In this document: positions 10,774-19,714 of the stretch, piece after piece
Layout of the letters: every line of letters starts with the position of its first letter
Position numbering within the stretch: position 1 is the stretch's first letter
Source of the DNA: a virus
Taxonomy: Duplodnaviria; Caudoviricetes
Direction: 5' to 3' (one strand)
IMG/VR virus record: IMGVR_UViG_2974586258_000001
Span: 58,964-122,963 of that record
DNA: 64,000 nucleotides
Position numbers and translations under genes: made by a program
Notes under the pieces: generated by a model
Database searches by the model: none
Told to the model about the DNA's origin: nothing
The model's input: the letters and a program-made list of their open reading frames with translations, nothing else

Positions 10774-11146
10774 ACCCTTGATGGTTGGCCTCGGCTGTAT
10801 CTTCGTGCTCTAAGTGGGTGTATTTAAGGTTCCCACCACCTGTTCCTTCGAAAATAATCTCCATGTCTTTTTCACGGATTCTCGGATTAAGTGGTCTGAA
10901 AAGTTTCTTGCTTTCTGTAAACAATCCTCCGGCACCTTTAAGGGGGCCAGTTGTTCTTCGAAACATTACACCTTCAAAATTAGGGTCTTGATATGCGTGT
11001 TTTAATGCTTTTATTAACAGAAGTCTCGACTTGCCACTACCTGCGGCACCGCCGTATATCATTACATCTACTTTTGTATCAAAAGCTTTTCGTTGTTTTC
11101 CCTCTTGAGGGGCTAAATTAACAACATTATTTTGTTTAGTTGCCAA
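10774..11146 (-). CDS. terL: terminase large subunit, exon 1
   Basis: PQEGKQ adenine-binding motif and Walker A GGAAGSGKS; spliced product is 513 aa. Confidence 0.9.
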
Positions 11147-11494
11147 TTAACCTCCAAAATTAACTACAATACCTTTCTCTTGTTCATTTTCTTCAATTTT
11201 ATCTTCGGTTACTTCAACAGATTCTTCCAACTCTGCTGCCTCAGACTCGATTAGTTGTTTGTGAAGTTCAGCGGCCATCTCCAAGACCATGCGTGCTGAC
11301 GCATTTTGGACCTGAGGGGGTGCGCTTTTATCTGTCATCAATCTGTAGACAGTTTCTAATGCTTCCTCAGATATATTGATTATCTTGCTTTTTAAACGGA
11401 ACTGTGCTCGCTCAGAGTCGATTAACAACTTATCTTCTGATTTGGGGCGACCTCTCCCACGTTTCTTAGTTTTGTTTATTGCTACTGTACTCAT
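11147..11494 (-). CDS. putative terminase small subunit
   Basis: 115-aa helical protein immediately upstream of terL. Confidence 0.6.
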   Translation of the reverse strand: MSTVAINKTKKRGRGRPKSEDKLLIDSERAQFRLKSKIINISEEALETVYRLMTDKSAPPQVQNASARMVLEMAAELHKQLIESEAAELEESVEVTEDKIEENEQEKGIVVNFGG

Positions 11495-11607
11495 GTTTAT
11501 TTCCTTTTAGAAATATAAAAATGAGGAATTAACAAACGTCAATTCCTCTGATTACTATAAAATATATTACCATATTTTTGTAAAAATATCAAATAAAAAT
11601 TTAAATA

Positions 11608-12846
11608 TTAATATTTACTATGTAAATCAACCTCTTGGAATTCACAATTATCTAATAATTTATTTAAAATATATAAAGAATCATTTTCAAAACACTCTGT
11701 TGACCAACCTACAGGATATTGGAAGTTGCGTTCACGAAGTTCTTTATGCAATTCTTGCTCATAATCGTAGATTTCCTGATGTGTTGCAGTAAAGATCCGT
11801 AACTTCTTGATATTCCTGATTCCAGACATAGATGGTATCCTCAAATCTTTAATTCTCTCATCTACATCAAAAGATCTTCCCACCTTAATAAACCTATTAT
11901 TGAAATTTAAAACGTAAAGGAAATCTTGTTCATCTTTTCTTTCTGGAAAATAACCATTACCATTTCTCAACTCCCTGTGTCTATCTTTAGAACAACCCAT
12001 ACAACGGTTGCCGTTATGCACAAAGTTACTATAAGATATAGACTGCTTACCATGGACAGGACAAATATATTCGAAATAAGATTTTTGAGTTTTGTACCCG
12101 TCAGGAAACCCTTGTGGTTCGTAATTCATTTCTCTACAAATGACTATACAACGTTCTAATGCAATGCCCTCTGGTAATCTGTACAACGCAGCTATCCTAT
12201 CTTTAGAGCAATAATTGCATCTACTACCTTTGTAGAAAAAATCAGCATATTTTACATTTTGCTTCCCGTGTTTTGGGCAAACATATTCAAAACGAGACTT
12301 GGCATTTTTATACCCTCCAACAAAACCAATCGCAATATAACCCATCTCTTGGCATATTAAACTGCAATTATTCATTGCTATTGCGTTATCCAACTTACAC
12401 CTTTTAGCAGTACTACTATTTTTACACTCTGGGCAACCACTCTTACCATTAATAACAGATGTAATAGATGTAGATTGCCATCTGTTCCCATCTTTCAGAC
12501 ACTCCAGATCCAATTTCGTATCTTGTCCTTGATAATCCTCTGCAAATCCGTGAACTATAAATCGACCTACTCCTAATCTCTCAACTATAATTATATATTG
12601 CCAATCTTCCCATTTATAAACAGAGCACCCGCAAGGCTTTTTATCGGCCTTTAAATTATACTTAGTACTAACAAAATAGCCATCTGGAAATAGTTCTTTA
12701 TCTTTGGAACATTCAGTGCAAGTAACTTTATACTTTATTGACTCATTTTTATTGATTGAGTAAACATCAACAACCTCCAACTTCCCGTCTCCAGATTTCC
12801 AACCTATGAACTCTTTTGCTTTTTCTAGTTTACCACTATTTTCCAA
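11608..12846 (-). mobile_element. homing endonuclease family copy 3 (duplicated central Zn repeat)
   Basis: Family N-terminus; two FEY.CP.HGKQ repeats; C-terminal FLYVLNF..FIKVGRSFDVDERIK. Confidence 0.8.
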
Positions 12847-12912
12847 CTATCCCTCCTCTCAAAAGCAATAACAGCCAGATACCTTTGAAAGATATCCAGC
12901 CAATAATTAAAT

Positions 12913-13278
12913 TTAAATATTTAAACTACTGACTCTTCCTGTCTCTCTATCAATTACTAATCCGTATTTCGCAAAGACAGCATCAATTTCTTCGTCTGTG
13001 CAAGGTTTTCTGTTAATTTGCTCTAGATAACCTAACCAACGTTCTTCAAGAAACACATCAGGTGTATCATCGAACTTCTTATGAGCTTCTTGGCAGATTT
13101 CACAATCGCAATGAGGATGTAAAGCATCTTGTTCCATTCTATATCTCAAATCTTCTTTGAATTCTTGTTCTGTCACATTATTTTCATAATCCTCTCGGCG
13201 TTGCTTGGCAACTAATCTTTCCTCTTCTGTCATTTTACTTCGTGGTTTTCTAATTTCTAATTTATTTTCAGTCAACAT
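12913..13278 (-). CDS. hypothetical protein
   Basis: 121-aa ORF with SD AAGGAGA; contains HCDCEIC. Confidence 0.6.
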   Translation of the reverse strand: MLTENKLEIRKPRSKMTEEERLVAKQRREDYENNVTEQEFKEDLRYRMEQDALHPHCDCEICQEAHKKFDDTPDVFLEERWLGYLEQINRKPCTDEEIDAVFAKYGLVIDRETGRVSSLNI

Positions 13279-13382
13279 AGTCTCCTTTTGCGCCCTCTTT
13301 ATAAAACCAACAATCTCTGTTCACCGAGTAAACCATATCTTTATAAATATAATCGTGAATTTTCATAAATAAATTAAACATA

Positions 13383-13706
13383 TCACTCTTCCTTGTTATT
13401 ATAATTCAATAGCCATTCCATAATCTCTCCTTTTTCTTTTATTCCTTTAGGAAGATAAACTGTCTCAGATTCTACAGCTTGTTTCATACGTTCAAGATCG
13501 TAGTTGAATTCATAATCGGGTTCAAGTTTAATTTCTTCATCTGATGTATAACCTGTTATTTCTTTATCATTAACAACCAACCTATATTTGTCTGGACTGT
13601 ATTCCAATTTATTTCTCCTTCTTTTTCTTGACTCTTCTATTGTCATAAACACACCTTGTCGTTCTTCCTTTGTAAAAGGACTTTTAACTTCTCTTCTTTG
13701 TATCAT
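13383..13706 (-). CDS. hypothetical protein (YDLERM...EW motif)
   Basis: 107-aa ORF overlapping the upstream gene. Confidence 0.6.
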   Translation of the reverse strand: MIQRREVKSPFTKEERQGVFMTIEESRKRRRNKLEYSPDKYRLVVNDKEITGYTSDEEIKLEPDYEFNYDLERMKQAVESETVYLPKGIKEKGEIMEWLLNYNNKEE

Positions 13707-14055
13707 AATTCATAATCCACTCACAAAACTCTTCTGGTGTCTTAATATATTCAGGAACAGCAATAGGATTTTCATGTGCATTCTTGATTCGTCTATCCAT
13801 TTCTTCAATATCATAATAGAAACCTGAATCTTCCTCAAGATCATCTTCATAATCTTCTATATGATTATCCCAGAACTCTCTATGGTTACTTCCATCACCA
13901 TACAACCTCATACTGCAAACTGGGCACTTCTCATAGTACACCCATCCACCATTAAGATAAATAAAGTTTTTGAAGTCTTCATTTTTAACTTTACAATGAT
14001 TCACTTCCAGAGCCCTCAAAAGAGACCTTATTCGGCTTATAATTGAATGTTCCAA
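13684..14055 (-). CDS. hypothetical protein (CPVC; YDIEEM...EW motif)
   Basis: 123-aa ORF. Confidence 0.55.
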   Translation of the reverse strand: MEHSIISRIRSLLRALEVNHCKVKNEDFKNFIYLNGGWVYYEKCPVCSMRLYGDGSNHREFWDNHIEDYEDDLEEDSGFYYDIEEMDRRIKNAHENPIAVPEYIKTPEEFCEWIMNYDTKKRS

Positions 14056-14213
14056 AACCTAGAACTCTGAACAATGAAGGGTCATTATTTACCAACTCCA
14101 TAATTTTGTCATTCTGTTCTTTATACTTCACTAAAGGACCTCTACCTTCTGCATACTCTGTTACTATTGCTAACAGGGCTTTATAGATATCATTTTTCAT
14201 GTTAACCTCATTA

Positions 14214-14564
14214 TTATCTGAATTTTACAAACTCTGTATATGGTGGTACAACAGGATCTTCTATAATCTTTTCTATAACATCCTTATTAGAATATGTACT
14301 AACAACTTGATTCTCTCCCCAACGTTCAATTTGTTCTTGTGTCATCTCTTTAGGGCAGAACTCTAGCATAAGGCTATCAATCTTAGCTTGTAATGCACAA
14401 TTGCGTTTAGCGAGGTCAACAATAGTCTCGTTGGTTTTCCTTGTTGCAAATTGAACACCTACCCTAAATGTGTCACTTAATTGGCTGGGTTTTCCGATAG
14501 GTAATCTATGTAATTCAAGACCTTCTCGTTCCCATTCTGTCAACTCAATCTTGTGCATACTCAT
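14214..14564 (-). CDS. hypothetical protein
   Basis: 116-aa ORF with SD AGGAGA. Confidence 0.6.
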   Translation of the reverse strand: MSMHKIELTEWEREGLELHRLPIGKPSQLSDTFRVGVQFATRKTNETIVDLAKRNCALQAKIDSLMLEFCPKEMTQEQIERWGENQVVSTYSNKDVIEKIIEDPVVPPYTEFVKFR

Positions 14565-14577
14565 AACAATCTCCTAA

Positions 14578-14922
14578 TTATTCACTACAACCATTCAATG
14601 CTTTCTCAAGCACCCCAATATAATTACTCTGCTGTTGTGTCAGTTTATCAAGTTTACGCACCTTCACAACAGGGTTGTCATTCTTCTTGATATTGATAGT
14701 AACATAATCTGTTCTGACAGGCAAACCCTTTTTACTGAGACAAGGCATGTAAACTGGCACTTTTACTTCCTGCGTTACTACCTTGATAGCAGGTTCAGGT
14801 TTATATGAACATCCTGACAAAATCAACAGAGCAAGTAGCAAGACAACAACAATATTAACTGGTGTCAGTAGATACCTCACCCACATACCTATACCCTTTA
14901 AAATTTCCATTAAATCTTTCAT
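14578..14922 (-). CDS. o-spanin (Rz1-like lipoprotein)
   Basis: Lipobox LILSG-C after a hydrophobic stretch, Pro-rich segment, adjacent to i-spanin. Confidence 0.75.
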   Translation of the reverse strand: MKDLMEILKGIGMWVRYLLTPVNIVVVLLLALLILSGCSYKPEPAIKVVTQEVKVPVYMPCLSKKGLPVRTDYVTINIKKNDNPVVKVRKLDKLTQQQSNYIGVLEKALNGCSE

Positions 14923-15014
14923 ATTTTAATCCTTGTAAAAGTAACCAACATTACACTTTTTGTATATAAACTAATCACATTTAATTAAATGTGTAGCATT
15001 GTACACTATAATCC

Positions 15015-15419
15015 CTACTCTCCAATCTTACCTAGTTCATTAAGAGTATCAACGCACACATCATTTGTCAACCCTGCTTTTGAATTTATATACTCTTCCA
15101 GATTTTGATTTGCAATGTCAGCTTTTTGTTTTTCTTTATCAAGCAACTCTTTCAGTGATTCTTGTTTTTCTTTTGATTTGTCGGACAACTCTTGTAGTCT
15201 AATATTCTGTTCATTTAATTTAATCTGAAGTTGTTCAATAGAAGCATTGCTAACTTTAAGGCGTTCTTCAACCTGAACATTCTTCTGCTCTGCAAGAGCT
15301 AGTTCTGATTCAAGGAGACTGGTACTGACATTTAGATAAAATATTGTGGCTATCAAGATTGCAATCAAAGATTGAACCCAGTATTTTTTAATAAATTCAA
15401 GTACAAGTTTTAGTTCCAT
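15015..15419 (-). CDS. i-spanin (Rz-like)
   Basis: N-terminal TM helix, long coiled coil, C-terminal Cys. Confidence 0.75.
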   Translation of the reverse strand: MELKLVLEFIKKYWVQSLIAILIATIFYLNVSTSLLESELALAEQKNVQVEERLKVSNASIEQLQIKLNEQNIRLQELSDKSKEKQESLKELLDKEKQKADIANQNLEEYINSKAGLTNDVCVDTLNELGKIGE

Positions 15420-15441
15420 ATGCTTTCCTTGTGTTGTGGGT

Positions 15442-15478
15442 AAAATAAAAGCCCCGAATCACGAGGAAACGAGGCTTG
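15442..15478 (-). terminator. intrinsic terminator after tRNA
   Basis: AAGCCTCG...CGGGGCTT followed by TTATTTTT. Confidence 0.7.
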
Positions 15479-15494
15479 TTGGTTAAATTTGAAT

Positions 15495-15584
15495 TGGTAG
15501 CCCTGTTCGGTAACGATCCGAAGTAACCCACTTATCTGGTGTACGAGTTTATAAATCTCGGTACTTTCCTTAAGCTACAGGGCC
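15495..15584 (-). tRNA. atypical tRNA with UAU anticodon (Ile) and long variable arm
   Basis: Acceptor GGCCCUG/CAGGGCU + ACCA, D stem GCUU/AAGU, anticodon loop UUUAUAA, T stem UUCGG/CCGAA. Confidence 0.75.
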
Positions 15585-15599
15585 ATTAAATTAATATAA

Positions 15600-15920
15600 A
15601 AACAAAGGATGGTAGGCCATCACCCCGCAACAAAGACAGGAATCAAAAGATTATGTGTCTACGCCCTAGTTGTGTTATATCCGCATGATTTCTCAGAGGG
15701 AGATATAACAAATGATAATAATTCACTTAGACGGATCACTCTTCCTTGTCTCTTGGCTTTCAGTGATCGATTAAAGAGACAGCAGTCTACATTTTATGCC
15801 GATAATAGATATGCAACCTTTCTTTATTCTTGTAAGGCTCAAGTTTACCAGTCTCTCTTTTATCTTGCAGAGACCAACAAGAACCTATTCTTAGCAAGGT
15901 CATAGGATTTTAAAACCTAT
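15600..15920 (-). ncRNA. putative structured ncRNA with several pseudoknots
   Basis: Many 5-9 bp helices with G-U pairs favouring the minus strand; own promoter; no credible ORF. Confidence 0.65.
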
Positions 15921-15926
15921 ATGTTT

Positions 15927-15955
15927 ATATTATCAAAATTATCTTGAAATTTCAA
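15927..15955 (-). promoter_or_regulatory. sigma70-like promoter for ncRNA/tRNA
   Basis: TTGAAA-17 nt-TAATAT; palindrome CTTGAAATTTCAAG overlaps the -35. Confidence 0.65.
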
Positions 15956-15991
15956 GTACAAAATTAAATATCAATACAAATACCCTACATA

Positions 15992-16414
15992 TTACCACCA
16001 AAGATTATTGTAATGTTTTGCAAACAAATCTAAACCTTCTCGTTTCTTTTTATCCCAATCTTCCATATCTTTACGATATTTATCGTACCCTTCTTGATTT
16101 GAAACTAAACAAAAACCCTCTGACTTATCAGATGACAACTCAAATCCAATTTTGTATGATGAAACGTCTGGTTCATTTTTATCATCAAATGCAAAAATCA
16201 TCTTATCCAAGATTTCAAACCATTTATCTGATTGTGGTCCATCATCGTAATTATCATCAAAAATAGGAACACCGTAAGCCTTTCCGTTAATATCCCGCTC
16301 TTTCAGTGTATCCCGAAACTTTACAAGTCCAGCAAGGATAATCGTGGAAAGTGTGTTATCAAGAGAGTAAGTATCTTTATAACTAAAAACTGGCTTACCT
16401 TTGTGGATACGCAT
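15992..16414 (-). CDS. conserved phage hypothetical protein
   Basis: D.YSLD.TL..II...L..F and GL.LF...Y..LWW motifs. Confidence 0.7.
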   Translation of the reverse strand: MRIHKGKPVFSYKDTYSLDNTLSTIILAGLVKFRDTLKERDINGKAYGVPIFDDNYDDGPQSDKWFEILDKMIFAFDDKNEPDVSSYKIGFELSSDKSEGFCLVSNQEGYDKYRKDMEDWDKKKREGLDLFAKHYNNLWW

Positions 16415-16437
16415 TCAATATTCTCCTTAAATTAAAA

Positions 16438-17079
16438 CTATTTAACATCTCTATCAAACAATTGAAAATCTACTTCATCGCAGTCATTAAGATCATAATA
16501 TACTGGTCCGAATTTGTAAAGTGCCTTGCAAACAATTTGGGCAATTTCTTTGTTAGAACCCCAGCAACCCCAGCTAAAAATAATCTTGTTTCCTTCGATA
16601 ATTTCTTTGTAATCACAACTGTTTTGTGAGCACCAGACTATCCGATCATTATTGTCACCACAACCAAATACAATTTGGAAGGATGGGCAATCAGCAAGGA
16701 AACTTACATAGGTGTTCTTGACACCATTGGAAAAACTAACCTCATGGTCTTCTTTACAGTTCCTTATTGCATTAAATAGGTTATTGTATCCCTTATCTTC
16801 CACAAATGCATCAAGATTGGTGCGAATAAAAATATCCAAATGTTTATTGACTTCCCCAACAACTTCAAGAAGTTTAGATTTGTCAGCAACTACAAAAACT
16901 TTAGTGTCTACGCCCATTTTATTTACCTCCTTAAAATTAAAACTATTTCCAACCCATCTCACTATAAAATTTATGAAGATAGTTTTCAAACTCTTGTTTG
17001 TATTCCTTTTCTTCAGTTCCAGTAGTTTGAACCAAATCATTGAGCTTGTCAACAACAAAGTGTAGTTCTTGCGGAACAT
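16438..17079 (-). CDS. hypothetical protein
   Basis: ORF; the true start is probably MGVDTK after SD AAGGAGG. Confidence 0.55.
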   Translation of the reverse strand: MFRKNYTLLLTSSMIWFKLLELKKRNTNKSLKTIFINFIVRWVGNSFNFKEVNKMGVDTKVFVVADKSKLLEVVGEVNKHLDIFIRTNLDAFVEDKGYNNLFNAIRNCKEDHEVSFSNGVKNTYVSFLADCPSFQIVFGCGDNNDRIVWCSQNSCDYKEIIEGNKIIFSWGCWGSNKEIAQIVCKALYKFGPVYYDLNDCDEVDFQLFDRDVK

Positions 17080-17314
17080 CGATATTTACTGTTGTGTTGG
17101 CTGAAATTGGGTATGCCATATAAGTTCGGTTTTTAGAGGATGTATATTCTTTCATACAATCAATAACCTTATGAACCCATATCTTGTATTCAAAACCGTT
17201 AGCATAGATAACAGATACCGAGGCTTATTTTGTTGTCATCCCTGATACTTTAACTTCAGGGATAGCCTCTTGAAAACGTTTAATTAGCTGTTTTGTGATC
17301 TTGTATTCTGGCAT
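16943..17314 (-). pseudogene. hypothetical gene interrupted by an in-frame TAA
   Basis: MPEYKITK...MTTK*ASVS...MKEYTSS in one frame; stop at 17225-17227. Confidence 0.5.
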
Positions 17315-17323
17315 AGTTCATCC

Positions 17324-17728
17324 TTACTGAAATTTAATTCTCAAATTAATAGCCTGTTGTTCAATTTGGCTACAGAATGTTTTAAGCACCTCTACTTGCA
17401 ATGGATTATTGCGGTCAGGAGCTTTATTGTAAACTTGAACGCCTTCGTCTACATAAGAGTAATAGTGTTCACTTGTAATATAATGCTTCTTGCCATCTAC
17501 AATAAAATACAACTTGCTAATAGTAGATTTATACAATTCAGAATCTTCTGACGTTGTAAAACCAAGGATATTGCAATAATCTCGCTTGCTACTAACTCCA
17601 CCTAGAAGTTCCATTTGATGCGTAGATATTTCTTTATGTGCAAATTTAGATTGATAATTAGCATAACCACCAACCACACAAACAACAAGTGCCAAGAATG
17701 CACCAATAATCAAAATTTTATTTTTCAT
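17324..17728 (-). CDS. hypothetical membrane-anchored or secreted protein
   Basis: N-terminal hydrophobic segment; SD AAGGAGA. Confidence 0.6.
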   Translation of the reverse strand: MKNKILIIGAFLALVVCVVGGYANYQSKFAHKEISTHQMELLGGVSSKRDYCNILGFTTSEDSELYKSTISKLYFIVDGKKHYITSEHYYSYVDEGVQVYNKAPDRNNPLQVEVLKTFCSQIEQQAINLRIKFQ

Positions 17729-18112
17729 TTGTTTTCTCCTTCAACATTAAAACCATTGTCTTTCAAAAGTGAAAGTGCAACAGCATAGCTTGTATAATCA
17801 GCAGGAGGAACATTCTTGTTATCTTTATGTTTCTCCTTCCATTGCTTCATGTTTTCTACAATGCTAATTGCTTTAGTAATTGTCAAGTGTTTTCCATATT
17901 TCATTTAAGTTCTCCTTCTCTTATTAATTTAAGATATTGTACAACAGCCTCTAACTGAAAGTCAAGTGCTTTCTTTACTTCTTTCCTGTGCTCATGTTCA
18001 ACAGACCCCATATAATATCCTTGGTACTTCTTAAGTTCAGTGATAAACATTTTATCACGAAGATCTTTATCCCAGCAATAGACATAGTTGAAGTCAAGAT
18101 TTAACATTAGAG

Positions 18113-18385
18113 TTATTCCTCCACAAAACCACAAACTGTAACAGTTCCTTCTGGAACCTCTGTCAAACCATCATCAACTTGAAACCAAACAAGATTGTCT
18201 GAGTATATTAACTCATCAACTTTTTCTTTAAACTTTGTTGCACTTAATCCAAGAACAATAATCATATCTTCTTGTGGAATAGATTCGGTCATTCTACCAA
18301 ATTCTTTGCTAATATGTGCAACTTGAGCTGCAAGTTTACCTTCTGACATTTTCAAATTCTTGTTGTAGTAAATTTTAAATTTCAC
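18113..18385 (-). CDS. peptidyl-tRNA hydrolase Pth2-like
   Basis: KMSEGKLAAQVAH and D.GLTEV..GTVTV.G are PTH2-family motifs. Confidence 0.8.
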   Translation of the reverse strand: MKFKIYYNKNLKMSEGKLAAQVAHISKEFGRMTESIPQEDMIIVLGLSATKFKEKVDELIYSDNLVWFQVDDGLTEVPEGTVTVCGFVEE

Positions 18386-18616
18386 TATCTACCCCTTTAA
18401 AATGATTAACAATCAACTCTTCATTGTCAAGATAGTAATGAATATAATCATAAAATCCTTTACAATAGTCTTTTCCATCATAGTAATATGAAGGTTCACT
18501 TCCTGAGCGAATACCCTGACGAAATCTTTCAGAAGGATCTTCTCCTGCTTCTAAAGATTTTTCCAGTAAGCTTTCGGCATATTTTACTCCTTGGATATAA
18601 GTACCTTTGCTGCGAT

Positions 18617-19087
18617 TCATTTTATTTCCTCCTCAAATACCCTAAAACTCGAATGCAAGTACACATTATCAGGAATCTTGTATGATGTCAACATCTCAAA
18701 CATTTCTTTTGATGAATAACCATTTAGATTTTTGCTATCAGCTTTATTATAAGCAACAAAGAACTTCAAATGCTTGTTTTGTTCAGCACAATCATAAAAC
18801 TCTTTGATATTATCAATCAAATCTTCTTTGCTGATGCTACGATAACCTGCTTTAGGGTAAGTTTTAGTTGTTCCGTCTGATAATTTCTCAACAAAACCTT
18901 CTTTCAGATTCTTTGTCACAAGAGCATAAGTTTGTCCTTGGAGTCCTCTACCAACACCGTATTTTGCACCAAATTTCAATGCTGCTAAAGCAGCGCCTGC
19001 TCCATGCCTTCCTTCTGGGTTAGAACCGAACACAAAAATATAATCAGGTTCAAGTTTTGTTATTGTTTCACCAGTCCAACACCGCAT
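18617..19087 (-). CDS. conserved phage protein (FVFGSN..G.HG.GAA family, possibly macrodomain-related)
   Basis: Motif IFVFGSNPEGRHGAGAA...G.QGQTYA. Confidence 0.55.
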   Translation of the reverse strand: MRCWTGETITKLEPDYIFVFGSNPEGRHGAGAALAALKFGAKYGVGRGLQGQTYALVTKNLKEGFVEKLSDGTTKTYPKAGYRSISKEDLIDNIKEFYDCAEQNKHLKFFVAYNKADSKNLNGYSSKEMFEMLTSYKIPDNVYLHSSFRVFEEEIK

Positions 19088-19275
19088 ATAACTTCCTTAG
19101 CGTTTCTTCCCAATTCGTCTTGTTCGTTCAACAATCAATTCTGCATAATGATTTTTAAACTTATGTGTAAAACTAAAATTATGAGTATCTATAAAATCCT
19201 TCATACTGATAATGCTTTCTTCTAGTTCTTTCATAGTCCACTCGGATATTGGATAATTATATTTCCAACGTTTTT

Positions 19276-19703
19276 TCACATTCCCTCCTTCATTTCACAA
19301 AGCATTTCTATTGTCTCTTTATTGTAACTCAGACAATAACCATCCAATTGTTCACTCTTACAAGCTTCTTCATCTCCTTCGCAAACTAAGTACACACTAA
19401 GAACTTCGTACTCATTGCTTAGTGGATTTTCATAGAAGTTACCATTTTTGTATTCATAATGCAAGTACTCCTGAACTTGTTTTAGAATCCCTTTCTCACA
19501 AATTGGGCAAACAGTTCCTTCTGTATCTTCACAAATAGATGGATGTTCTAGTCCAATATTATCAGCATGAAGCCTAGCTTTGATAGTTTTTAATCCTAAG
19601 TCCTTGTTTTGTGCATGTACCTTGAACTATCGCAAATAACTTCGTGTCCTGAAGGAAGATGTTTTACTCTTACACAATTTTTAGAATAACAGGATGTGGA
19701 CAT
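19276..19703 (-). pseudogene. frameshifted gene: release-factor (RF-1)-like fragment + YgiT/MqsA-like Zn finger
   Basis: VRVKHLPSGHEVICDSSRYMHK, then after a 1-nt shift NKDLGLKTIKARL...CPICEKG..YEYKNG. Confidence 0.55.
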
Positions 19704-19714
19704 ACTTTATCTCC

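Noticed and set aside
15449-15478. HDV-like (theta) ribozyme after the tRNA, loop UCCUCGU
   Set aside because: The flanks form one simple hairpin with a U tract; the nested P1/P2 topology could not be built
15545-15560. Ochre-suppressor reading (UUA) of the atypical tRNA to explain in-frame TAA codons
   Set aside because: Stem register centres UAU with U33 and A37; TAA is the normal stop throughout the genome
15609-15905. 98-aa plus-strand ORF
   Set aside because: Opposite to the local transcription direction; better explained by a structured minus-strand RNA
15600-15920. tmRNA
   Set aside because: Pseudoknots are present but no Ala-type acceptor stem, T arm with CCA, or tag reading frame was found
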